This document shows positions 42,996 through 52,108 of a stretch of 64,000 nucleotides of DNA, in pieces. The notes below the pieces were generated by a model, which was not told the origin of the DNA, ran no database searches, and saw only the letters and a list, made by a program, of their open reading frames with translations. How positions within the stretch are numbered: the first letter of the stretch is position 1; the number at the start of each line of letters is the position of its first letter. The stretch comes from Gemmatimonadales bacterium (GTDB lineage Bacteria > Gemmatimonadota > Gemmatimonadetes > Gemmatimonadales > GWC2-71-9): contig DASWIX010000079.1 in the NCBI GenBank assembly GCA_036397455.1, forward strand, positions 196,037-260,036, in the 5' to 3' direction. The translations under genes and the position numbers were made by a program.

Positions 42996-44537
42996 ATGAC
43001 GATGTCGAAGCGAGTCGAGCAGGTCACGGATCACGAACCACCGGAACGCGCTGGCGCGGTCGATCGGCGCGCGTTCGTCAAGACGGCTGGTGGTGTCGTT
43101 GCAACCATCGCGTTCGGGACCGCCTGTGGCGACGACACGCCAAACGGACCCAACGGCGATACGGGCACGCTCTCCGTGATCATCTCCGGTCTCGCCGGTG
43201 CAACCGCGGGATCGGTGACCGTCACGCTACCCGATTCCACCGATCCGGGTATCACGGTCACACTGCAGGATGCCAACAGCTCCGGCGTCAGCGTCGGAAC
43301 CGCGACGGGTGTCCCCGTCGGAACGTACCGGATCACCTACGATCCGCCGGCGGGGCACGTGATCACGAGCGGCGGCGACTTCCAGGACGTGACCGTCGTC
43401 GCCAATCAGGCCGCGAGCGCCGAATTCACCGTGTCGGCGTCGGGCACGCTTGAGGTGGAGGTCACGGGAATCGATGCGAGCGCGACGACCGCCGGCACGG
43501 TGGAGCTGACCGACACCGACGGAATCCCCACCGGAGTAGCCGTGCCGCTGCCCGCGCCGGCCGCAGGCGAGAGTCTCGCGTCCGTGAGTCACCCCGCCGG
43601 GACGGTTCGCGTCACGGTCATACCACCGCCGGGCCACATTCACGGCGGCGCGGCGTTTCAGGATATCGTCGTGACCGCGGGCGGTACGGTACGCGCGTCG
43701 TTCGCGGTGCAGGTCGTTGTCCAGCCGGGCCTCATCTTTGCCTCGGCCTGGGCAACCGCGCTGGGTACATCGAACGCGGCCCGTCTCGATACGGACAGCG
43801 CGACACCGTGGGCCGCGGCGGGCGGCAACGGCGACGCCGAGATTATCGATGCGACCGGACGGGATTTCCCGACCGCCAACTGTCTCCGCTCGGCGTACGA
43901 GGCGGACGCAACCAATACCAGCGTCAAGGCGTTTTCGATCGCGGCCGACGGCATTCTCCATGACAGTCCGTTCTGGCCCGACTTGGCGGTGGGCGGCCAC
44001 CTCTATCACCGCGCGTATCTCCGCAACGAACTTCCGAATTATGTCGCGGGGTTTGGTGCCAACCACCCGTGGAACGGCGAGACGACGTGGAACTGGAAAT
44101 TCGACAACCGTAATGATGGGATGTTCGAACTGATCTTCAACATCCAGGACAAAACGGTATCGCCCAACGTCGTGGCAAACTTCGCCTGCCAGACGTTGCT
44201 CACCAAGAACACGACGTACCGCTTGGAACACCACGTCGTCCGGATCGCGGATGTCGGGGGCGAGGAGCACTGCAACATCGACCTGCGCGTCTATGACGCG
44301 GCCGGCGTCCTGCTGTTCGACAACGACGATTTCCGAAACCAGCTTGGCGCGAACGAACTCCTCAGTACGGTCCCGGCGCTGCGCTTCTCGGTCGCACAGT
44401 CCAGCAACATGAAGATCGGCTGCAACGGACCGGGCGGGAGTGGGTGGCCGGGACCAAGCGGGAACATCTTCTGGGCTGGAGTCGCCGCGTCACTGGCTGA
44501 CTGGTGCGGCCCCTATGTGCCCGGGGAAAGCGCCTGA
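42996..44537 (+). CDS. Tat-signal lipoprotein with two tandem Ig-like domains and a jelly-roll-like C-terminal domain (hypothetical)
   Basis: Twin-arginine motif DRRAFVKTAGG followed by the lipobox-like FGTACG. Internal duplication (GTLSVIISG...GTYRITYDPPAGHVITSGGDFQDVTVVANQAASAEFTV versus GTLEVEVTG...GTVRVTVIPPPGHIHGGAAFQDIVVTAGGTVRASFAV). The family of the C-terminal ~270 aa is not recognised. Confidence 0.6.
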   Translation: MTMSKRVEQVTDHEPPERAGAVDRRAFVKTAGGVVATIAFGTACGDDTPNGPNGDTGTLSVIISGLAGATAGSVTVTLPDSTDPGITVTLQDANSSGVSVGTATGVPVGTYRITYDPPAGHVITSGGDFQDVTVVANQAASAEFTVSASGTLEVEVTGIDASATTAGTVELTDTDGIPTGVAVPLPAPAAGESLASVSHPAGTVRVTVIPPPGHIHGGAAFQDIVVTAGGTVRASFAVQVVVQPGLIFASAWATALGTSNAARLDTDSATPWAAAGGNGDAEIIDATGRDFPTANCLRSAYEADATNTSVKAFSIAADGILHDSPFWPDLAVGGHLYHRAYLRNELPNYVAGFGANHPWNGETTWNWKFDNRNDGMFELIFNIQDKTVSPNVVANFACQTLLTKNTTYRLEHHVVRIADVGGEEHCNIDLRVYDAAGVLLFDNDDFRNQLGANELLSTVPALRFSVAQSSNMKIGCNGPGGSGWPGPSGNIFWAGVAASLADWCGPYVPGESA

Positions 44538-44628
44538 GTTAGCCGGGCGCCGTTCCCATCGATCGTCGGCCACGGGCGACGGCGTACCGCCGCGCCTCGG
44601 CGGCCGCAGCACGATCTTGTGAGCCGTG

Positions 44629-45267
44629 CTACGCCGCGTACCCGATGACGGCGAAGAAGTGGCATACCGAGCCGGTCAGCACGCACAGATGCCAAAGGAA
44701 ATGCGCGTACCGCACACGCTTCATGCCGTAGAACCCCACGCCGCCCGTGTAGGCGAGGCCACCGGCCGCCAGCCACGTCAGGCCCGCCGGCGCCATGCGC
44801 TGCCAAAGCGGCTGCACAGCCACGACCACGAGCCACCCCATCGCCACGTAGACAACGGTGGAGACGACCGGGTAGCGCACGCCGCGCAGCACCTTGAAGA
44901 TGATCCCGACCGCAGCGAGGCCCCATACCGTCCCGAACAGCGACCACCCCCACGCGCCGCGTAACACCCCGAGCGTGAACGGCGTGTAGGTGCCGGCGAT
45001 GAGCAGGAAGATCGCCCCGTGATCGATGACACGGAGTACGTGCTTGGTGCGGGATTCCGGAAAGGCGTGGTAGAGCGTGGAAGCGAGGTACAATACCGCC
45101 ATCGATGCGGCAAAGATGCTGACGCCCACGATGTTCGCTGCTCCGTGCGGGATCGCGGCGAGAATCAGAAACGGCGCCGCCACCACCGCCGCCACGACGC
45201 CCACGCCGTGGCTGACGCTGTTCGCGATTTCCTCGCCTACCGACTGCCGCGATGCGTGCACCGACAC
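44629..45267 (-). CDS. Hemolysin III / PAQR-family membrane protein
   Basis: 212 aa with 7 TM. EEIANSVSHGVG, STLYH, DHGAIFLLIAGTYTPF and HLCVLTGSVCHF are characteristic of the family. Confidence 0.9.
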   Translation of the reverse strand: MSVHASRQSVGEEIANSVSHGVGVVAAVVAAPFLILAAIPHGAANIVGVSIFAASMAVLYLASTLYHAFPESRTKHVLRVIDHGAIFLLIAGTYTPFTLGVLRGAWGWSLFGTVWGLAAVGIIFKVLRGVRYPVVSTVVYVAMGWLVVVAVQPLWQRMAPAGLTWLAAGGLAYTGGVGFYGMKRVRYAHFLWHLCVLTGSVCHFFAVIGYAA

Positions 45268-45547
45268 CCCGCTGACCTGTGGCTCGCACGGACCATTCTC
45301 CCGTGGGATTCACTCAATCTAACGCACCGCCGGACCGTGAACCGCCTTCATCTCGCCGCGCTGGTTGAACGCGGTGCCGCCGCACGATCACGATGCCTGG
45401 TCGATCACGCCGGCGCCACCCGAGGGCGGCCCCAGACCGGGGCCGCCCGACGCCTATTGCGGAATCGCGATCGGCATGGAAATTGCTGCCATTGGCGTGG
45501 CGCCCCGGCTGCGGGGTCGGATCGAGTGGACTTGTTGGAGTCACGAC

Positions 45548-46903
45548 ATGCACAGCGAAGAAGCCGATTTCGACGTCGGGATCATCGGAGGCGGACCCGC
45601 AGGCGCGAGCATGGCGGCCTACTTGGCCAAGGCGGGTGCCAAATGCGTCGTCTTCGAGCGTGACCTCTTCCCGCGGCCCCATGTAGGCGAGTCCCTGGTT
45701 CCCTCCTCGACGCGGGTCTTCAAGGATCTGGATTTTCTCGCGGTCATGGAGCGGGAGAGGTTCCCGCACAAGTTCGGCGCGGTGTGGACGGCCGCGGGTG
45801 GGCGCCGTGAATTCGACCACGATTGGCTGGGTATGGCGCCCGACGTGCGCGCCGATATCCGGTTCGAGGAACGCGACCAGCCGGGCGTGGATCAGAACTA
45901 CACGTACCACGTCGATCGCGGCAAGTTCGACAACCTGCTGCTGCAACACGCCAACGGATTCGGAGCCGAGGTCTTCCAAGGCGTCGCCGTACGCGACGTG
46001 CGACTGGAGGCGGGCGAGCTGCCGCAAATCTGTTTCGCGTTGGGCCAGCGCCAGGTCCACTGCAAGGTCCGGGTGGTCGTCGACTGCAGCGGGCGCCGCA
46101 CCTTCCTGGGCAATCGACTGAAACTCCGAATCAAGGATCCGGTCTTCGATCAGTACGCGATCCACGCGTGGTTCGAAGGGTACGACCGCACGGCCGCCAT
46201 GAAGAAAGGGTCCGGGAAGGGCGACTATATCTACGTGCACTTCCTGCCGATCACGAACAGCTGGATCTGGCAGATCCCGATCACCGATTCGGTGACGAGC
46301 ATCGGCGTCGTCACCCAGCGGAAGCACTTCGCCAAGCGGCGCGAGGCGCGCGAAGGGTTCTTCTGGGAGAGCATCGCCAGCCGACCCGAGCTGCACGATG
46401 CCCTCCGCAAGGCCGAACAGGTTCGGCCCTTCACCGAAGAGGGCGACTACAGCTACGCCATGCAGCAGATCACGGGCGACGCCTGGTTGATGGTCGGCGA
46501 CTCCGGGCGCTTCGTCGACCCCATCTTCTCCACTGGCGTCAGCATCGCGCTCAACAGCTCCCGCTTCGCGCATAAGGATATCCTGCGCGCACTCGAGACG
46601 GGCGACACCAGCCGGACCTCGTTCCGCGAGTACGAGGGAACGCTACGGCGTGGCACCAGGAACTGGTACAACTTCATTTCGGTCTACTACCGCCTGAACG
46701 TGCTGTTCACGGCGTTCATCACCGACCCGCGTTATCGGCTGGACGTGCTCAAACTGTTACAGGGCGACGTCTACGAGGAGCAGGAACCGGAAGTGCTCGC
46801 GCGGATGCGGGAAATCGTGACCACGGTCGAGAACACACCCAGTCACCCGTGGCATCAGCTTCTGGGCGACATGACGGCGAACGCGTTCAATCCGGCCTTC
46901 TGA
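45548..46903 (+). CDS. Flavin-dependent halogenase-like FAD enzyme (non-tryptophan, CndH/PltA-like type)
   Basis: The start is at ATG 45548. The track ORF starts at 45365. FAD fold DVGIIGGGPAGASMAAYLAKAG. FPRPHVGESLVP. Lys candidate in FPHKFGAVW. Halogenase signature W-x-W-x-IP (NSWIWQIPI) and F-x-D-P-x-F-S-x-G (RFVDPIFSTGVS). Confidence 0.7.
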   Translation: MHSEEADFDVGIIGGGPAGASMAAYLAKAGAKCVVFERDLFPRPHVGESLVPSSTRVFKDLDFLAVMERERFPHKFGAVWTAAGGRREFDHDWLGMAPDVRADIRFEERDQPGVDQNYTYHVDRGKFDNLLLQHANGFGAEVFQGVAVRDVRLEAGELPQICFALGQRQVHCKVRVVVDCSGRRTFLGNRLKLRIKDPVFDQYAIHAWFEGYDRTAAMKKGSGKGDYIYVHFLPITNSWIWQIPITDSVTSIGVVTQRKHFAKRREAREGFFWESIASRPELHDALRKAEQVRPFTEEGDYSYAMQQITGDAWLMVGDSGRFVDPIFSTGVSIALNSSRFAHKDILRALETGDTSRTSFREYEGTLRRGTRNWYNFISVYYRLNVLFTAFITDPRYRLDVLKLLQGDVYEEQEPEVLARMREIVTTVENTPSHPWHQLLGDMTANAFNPAF

Positions 46904-47176
46904 CCGGCCCGCGCAGGATCGAGGAATTCCACGAGATCCAGTCTGGCGGCCGCGTAGCCCGCCGCCCCGCTCGGCATCGTCGCGCGTCCGCAACATCGGG
47001 GTGGCTTGGGTGGCCGCAATCGCATAGGGGACAACCGGACGAGTGTCGTCCTCTTGCGGGCATGGGTCTTGAGGGGATTGTGCGGCCGTCACAGCAGCAG
47101 CCGGATCCGCCTCGGAAGGTAGCGAGCCCGATGCGCGTGGTCCACATCCTCGCACGGCAAATCCCGACCGGAGACT

Positions 47177-49972
47177 ATGCCAGCCCCTGACACACCAGAA
47201 ACCGCACCCGGACTCGAGGGAGTCACAGCCCGTTCGGTCCGCCTTCTCCCATGGCAACGCGCGCTCGCAATCTGCCTGGTGCTCGGGGGCAGCGCGGCAA
47301 TCCTCGTTGCCGCCGCCGGCGACGTAATCGGCCTCGGCGGCAGTCCGGGCATCGGCACATTCCAGGTGATGCTCGGGCTGCTGGGGCTTGCGGTGGTGTG
47401 GCAGGGGCTCGCCTTCCCCTCGGCGCCGGAAGAGGTGGTCGGGCACTGGCAATCGCTCCTGCTGCGAATCGATGCCGGCCGGATGCGCCGCTTCGCCGTC
47501 ATCTTCACGCAACTCGTGCTGCTGGTCGTGGCGGTCCGAGTCTTCCAAATCGAGAGTCCGGCATTCTATCAGCAGATCATCCCGCTCGCCGCCTTCGGTT
47601 TCATCGTTCACCATCTGCTGCCGCAGCGCCACCGGCTGCCGTTCTTCGCCGCCCTGTCGATGGGCGGGGTGCTCATCGTCGCCGGGACGGCCAACACCCT
47701 CTGGATACTCGGCCTCGCGATCGTGCTCATCGCCATCTGCCATCTCCCCATCCCGTTCTCGCTCCGCCTTGCGGGACTGGTGGTGATCGGCGTAACGCTG
47801 GGCCTTATGCGTTCCGGCGTGATCCTGACGCCGTGGTCGACGGCCGTATGGCCCATCCTGGCGTCGCTCATGATGTTCCGCCTCGTGCTCTACGTGTACC
47901 ACATCCGGCACACCGCGGAAAAGCCGGCGCTCGCCTGGACGCTGTCGTATTTCTTCCTCCTACCCAACGTGGTCTTCCCGCTCTTTCCGGTCGTCGATTT
48001 CAGCACGTTCCGCCGCACCTACTACGACCACGACCCGTATCTGATCTACCAGCGTGGGTTCGACTGGATTCTGCGTGGTTGTACGCACCTGCTGCTCTAC
48101 CGCGTGATCTACCAGTATTTCACGATCGCGCCGGAGGACGTCGAAACGCTCGGACAGCTCGTCCACTACATGGTCACGACGTTTCTGCTGTATTTGAAGG
48201 TCTCCGGACAGTTTCACGTCATCGTGGGTCTGCTGCACCTGTTCGGATTCCGATTACCCGAAACCAACCACCTGTACTACCTGGCCTCGAGCTTCTCGGA
48301 TGCGTGGCGCCGGATCAACATCTATTGGAAAGACTTCATGACGAAGGTGGTGTTCTACCCCACGTATCTGCGCTTGAAGGGCAGGGGCGATCGCGTGGCA
48401 TTGGTCGGGGCGACGACGGCGGTGTTCGCCGTCACGTGGTTCCTCCACGCGTACCAATGGTATTGGCTGCTGGGCAGCTGGCTCATCGCGTCCACGGACA
48501 TCATGTTCTGGGTGGTGTTGGGGGCCTTCCTCGCCATCAACGCGCTACGGGAGTCCAAACGGGGACGCACGAGGATCATCGGGACGTGGTCCGGCACGCC
48601 GCGTGAGGTGATCGCGCTGGGGCTCCGAACGACCTTGACGTTCCTCACTATCGCGCTCCTCTGGTCGTTGTGGAACAGCGCGACGCTTGGCGACTGGTTC
48701 AACTTGCTGACCGTCCGCATCGGAGGCCCGGGTGATTTCGCGCTCCTCGCGGCGGTCGTGGTGCTGATCGGCGGAGCGGCGGTACACGCCGCGCGCCGCG
48801 GGCGCGCGCCCGGAGCCACCGAGCGCGCCTGGGCGGCGGGGAACGCACCGGCGATGCGTGCCTGGCCGTCGGTCGGCGGGCTCGCCGCGCTGTGCCTCGC
48901 GGGGATCCCCGGCATCGGCCCCTTCGCTGGTCCGGAGGCGGAACGGTTCTTGAGCATGCTGCGTGCACCGGAGCTCAGCACGCGGGACGTCGCCCTCATG
49001 GAGCGCGGCTATTACGAAAACCTCAACGGCGTCGTCGTGCGGAACAGCGAACTCTGGGAGTTGTACGCGCAGCGGGCGGCCCGGGGCGCGACCATCTGGA
49101 CCACCGACCTCGTGCGCCAGCGCGACGACTTCCTCGGCACGGAGCTGCGTCCGCTGCATACGGAGTTCCAGCCCGGCATCGTCTTCAGTACCAACCGATG
49201 GGGCATGCGGGACAAGGACTACGAGCCGGCGCGACCGGCCAATGCCTACCGAATCGCGTTGCTGGGCGCGTCCCATGTGGCCGGCGACGGCGTGAGTGAC
49301 GGTCAGACCTTCGAGACACTCGTCGAGAACCGGCTGAACCAGGAGTACGGCCCCCGCGTCGGACGCCTGTTTGAGATCCTCAACTTCGGTGTCGGGGCGT
49401 ACAGCATCCCGCAGCAACTCTTGACACTCGACCGCGTGTTCTCGTTCGACCCCGATGCCCTGTACTTCGTCGCGACGCCCGGCGACGGCGACCAGGCGGC
49501 GCTCCACCTCGTGAAGCAGATCAGGCGGGACGTTCGCCCGCCGTTCCCCTACCTCGACAGCCTGCTCACCGGTTCCGGAGTGACGCCCCACATGGCGGAG
49601 ACCGAAGCGCTGCAACGCCTCGCGCCATACCAGGACGACATCGTCCGCTGGGGGCTGTCCGCGCTGGCCGCCGCATGCGCCGCGCGAGACGTGAAGGCCG
49701 TGTGGGTCTACCTGTACCTGCCCGAAAGCCGGGACGACGCGGCCGACGCGGCGCGGCTCGAGACGATGGCCCGCGCGGCGGGATTCACCACGCTCAACCT
49801 GCGCGACGTCTACGGCGACGGAGACCTCTCCGCGTTCTGGGCGTCACCCTTCGACCACCACCCGAACGCGCGGGGCCACCAGGTGATCGCCGAGCGATTG
49901 TTCGCCGAGCTCACCGCGCGCGACAACCTGGACCTGCCGGTAGGCGCGGTCCCGGAGACACCCACTCGATGA
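47177..49972 (+). CDS. MBOAT-family membrane O-acyltransferase (DltB/AlgI-like) fused to a C-terminal DltD/AlgJ-like SGNH domain
   Basis: 931 aa. MBOAT blocks LSYFFLLPNVVFPLFPVVDF, SGQFHVIVGLLHLFGFRLPETNHLYYLASSFSDAWRRINIYWKDFM and AVTWFLHAYQWYWLLGSW. After further TM helices comes a ~370-aa domain with RIALLGASHVAGDG, LNFGVGAYS and SPFDHHPNARGH (SGNH-like blocks I, II and V). The stop overlaps the carrier-protein ATG. Confidence 0.8.
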   Translation: MPAPDTPETAPGLEGVTARSVRLLPWQRALAICLVLGGSAAILVAAAGDVIGLGGSPGIGTFQVMLGLLGLAVVWQGLAFPSAPEEVVGHWQSLLLRIDAGRMRRFAVIFTQLVLLVVAVRVFQIESPAFYQQIIPLAAFGFIVHHLLPQRHRLPFFAALSMGGVLIVAGTANTLWILGLAIVLIAICHLPIPFSLRLAGLVVIGVTLGLMRSGVILTPWSTAVWPILASLMMFRLVLYVYHIRHTAEKPALAWTLSYFFLLPNVVFPLFPVVDFSTFRRTYYDHDPYLIYQRGFDWILRGCTHLLLYRVIYQYFTIAPEDVETLGQLVHYMVTTFLLYLKVSGQFHVIVGLLHLFGFRLPETNHLYYLASSFSDAWRRINIYWKDFMTKVVFYPTYLRLKGRGDRVALVGATTAVFAVTWFLHAYQWYWLLGSWLIASTDIMFWVVLGAFLAINALRESKRGRTRIIGTWSGTPREVIALGLRTTLTFLTIALLWSLWNSATLGDWFNLLTVRIGGPGDFALLAAVVVLIGGAAVHAARRGRAPGATERAWAAGNAPAMRAWPSVGGLAALCLAGIPGIGPFAGPEAERFLSMLRAPELSTRDVALMERGYYENLNGVVVRNSELWELYAQRAARGATIWTTDLVRQRDDFLGTELRPLHTEFQPGIVFSTNRWGMRDKDYEPARPANAYRIALLGASHVAGDGVSDGQTFETLVENRLNQEYGPRVGRLFEILNFGVGAYSIPQQLLTLDRVFSFDPDALYFVATPGDGDQAALHLVKQIRRDVRPPFPYLDSLLTGSGVTPHMAETEALQRLAPYQDDIVRWGLSALAAACAARDVKAVWVYLYLPESRDDAADAARLETMARAAGFTTLNLRDVYGDGDLSAFWASPFDHHPNARGHQVIAERLFAELTARDNLDLPVGAVPETPTR

Positions 49973-50223
49973 CCACCGACCAGATCATGCAGACCGTGCG
50001 GAACTACGTCGCGCAGGAGTTCCTCCGGCCCGAAGACCGCGCTGGCCTGGCAGCGGATACGCCACTCGTCACCGGCGGCATCCTCGATTCGCTCGCCTCG
50101 CTGAACCTGGTGGGGTTCCTCGAGAACGAATACGGGATCGAGATTCCGGCGCACGAGGTGACCATCGACAACCTCGACACCCTGGCGACTATCGTGGCGC
50201 TGGTCGAATCCAAGCGGCCATGA
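49969..50223 (+). CDS. Acyl/peptidyl carrier protein, DltC-like
   Basis: 84 aa, embedded in the track ORF 49675..50223. Phosphopantetheine site GGILDSLASLNLVGFLENEYGIEIP...DTLATIV, which parallels the DltC pattern G-LDS....L...EN.F.I..P. ATGA overlaps on both sides (49969-49972 and 50220-50223). Confidence 0.85.
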   Translation: MTTDQIMQTVRNYVAQEFLRPEDRAGLAADTPLVTGGILDSLASLNLVGFLENEYGIEIPAHEVTIDNLDTLATIVALVESKRP

Positions 50224-51938
50224 GCCGCCAACCGACGGGAGCCACCGTGACCCCGCAACGCGGCGATTCGCTCCAAACCCGGTTCATGAAACAACTGGCC
50301 GACCGGCCCGGCCCGGCGGTCGCGTTCATGTCAGGAAGAGGCGAGTTGTCCTGGCGCACCCGCGAGGAGTTCTTCGCGCAGGCGTCCGGATCGGCACGGG
50401 TGCTTCAGGAACAAGGGCTGCGCCCGGGTGACGCATGCCTACTCGTGCTCCACAGCGATGAAACTTGCGCCACCGCGCTCGCGGCGACACTGCTGGCCGG
50501 CGCTCTTCCGCTCCTGATCGCGCCGCCGACGCTCCAGGGGACACGCACGAGTCTCACGGATATCCTGGTGCGCACCGCGCGACGGACCCGCGCGCGCATG
50601 GCGGTGCTGGACGAGTCCATTCCGGCAATGCACGACGGCCTGCCGGGCGCGTCGGCGCGGATCGTGCCGGGACGAACGATCCTTCAGGCGAAACCGGCGG
50701 ACATTGCGCCCGTGCTCCCCGCGTCGGACTCGCTCGCGGCACTGCAACTCACGTCCGGCACGACCGGATTCCCACGCGTCTGTGTTTGGAAGCAGCGGGG
50801 CGTGCTGGCTGCGCTCGACGGCATGGCGGAGGCGATGGGGCTCAGGGATGACGACGTGTGCTTCAACTGGACGCCGCTGTATCACGACATGGGATTGGTG
50901 AACAACTTCCTCTTGTGCATGGTGACCGGCGTCCCGATGGTGATGCTGATGCCGCAAGACTTCGTCAAGCGGCCGGCGCTCTGGCTTCAGGGACTCCACG
51001 CATCCGGCGCCACCACCACCTGGTCACCGAACTTCGGATACGCGCTCGCCGCCAAAGTGGTCAAGGATGAGGAACTGGAGGGTGTGCGATTGGACGGCGT
51101 GCGCACGTTCTGGAACGCCGCCGAGCGGATTCACCTGGAGACCGTGCTGGCGTTCCGCGACCGCTTCATCGCGCACGGGCTCCGTCCGGGCGCGTTGAAG
51201 ACGAACTTCGGCTGCGCCGAGAATGTCGGTGGCGCAACGTTCACCGAGCTAGACGGCGAGATCCGTTATGAGGTGGTCGACCGGGAGGCGATGCAGCGGC
51301 GTCGGATGGCGATCCCCCTGGCGGCCGGAACGGACACCACGGACGCGGTTACGTTGGTCGGTGCCGGTCAGGCGGCGCCCGGATTATCGATCGCCATCCT
51401 ATCCCGCACCGGCAAAGAGCTGGGCGACGGACATGTCGGCGAGGTCGCATTGAAGACCCCGTCGCGTATGGTGGGATATCTCAAGGACGCCGCCGCGACG
51501 CGCCGGGCTGTCTACGGGCCGTATCTCCGCACCGGCGACATGGGCTACCGCCGGGACGGCGAGCTGTACTGGGTGGGGCGCGTGCGCGAACGGATCACGG
51601 TTCGGGGCAAGAAGATAGACCCGAGCGATCTCGAGCCGACGCTGTTCAAGATCCCCGAGCTCCGACCGGGCTGCTTCGCCGCGTTCGGAGTGGACAATAC
51701 AGAGCAAGGGACGCAGCACATCGTGGTGGTGAGCGAGCTCAGGGACGCAACCGCCGTGAACGCCGACGACGTGCGCCGCCGCGTGCGCGCGATGGTCACG
51801 CTGGACCTCGCGGTGCCGGTCGGGGATGTCGTGCTGGTACCCAAGGGCACCCTGACCAAGACGTCGAGCGGCAAACGACGCCACCGGCACTTCCGCAACC
51901 TCTACGTCGATGGACAGCTGGACGCGCTGGCGGTCTAG
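50220..51938 (+). CDS. Fatty acyl-AMP ligase (FAAL-type adenylating enzyme)
   Basis: 572 aa. A3 motif LQLTSGTTGFPRV. FAAL-typical NWTPLYHDMGLVN and WSPNFGYALA. Also YLRTGDMGY, GRVRERITVRGKKIDPSDLE and GTLTKTSSGKRRH. Confidence 0.9.
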   Translation: MSRQPTGATVTPQRGDSLQTRFMKQLADRPGPAVAFMSGRGELSWRTREEFFAQASGSARVLQEQGLRPGDACLLVLHSDETCATALAATLLAGALPLLIAPPTLQGTRTSLTDILVRTARRTRARMAVLDESIPAMHDGLPGASARIVPGRTILQAKPADIAPVLPASDSLAALQLTSGTTGFPRVCVWKQRGVLAALDGMAEAMGLRDDDVCFNWTPLYHDMGLVNNFLLCMVTGVPMVMLMPQDFVKRPALWLQGLHASGATTTWSPNFGYALAAKVVKDEELEGVRLDGVRTFWNAAERIHLETVLAFRDRFIAHGLRPGALKTNFGCAENVGGATFTELDGEIRYEVVDREAMQRRRMAIPLAAGTDTTDAVTLVGAGQAAPGLSIAILSRTGKELGDGHVGEVALKTPSRMVGYLKDAAATRRAVYGPYLRTGDMGYRRDGELYWVGRVRERITVRGKKIDPSDLEPTLFKIPELRPGCFAAFGVDNTEQGTQHIVVVSELRDATAVNADDVRRRVRAMVTLDLAVPVGDVVLVPKGTLTKTSSGKRRHRHFRNLYVDGQLDALAV

Positions 51939-52108
51939 TCGGCGTCACCTCCCGGCACGACGAGGGCCATCGCGAGCCCGGCACCCCGCAACACGTCGAC
52001 CATACGTTGAGTGCCTTGAGGGCTCGGATTGTATGCCTGCCCCCGCCGATCGGCCTACTTCACGTCCGCGGTTTCCGTTATCTTCGGGCGTTCAACTTCA
52101 CCGAGTGA

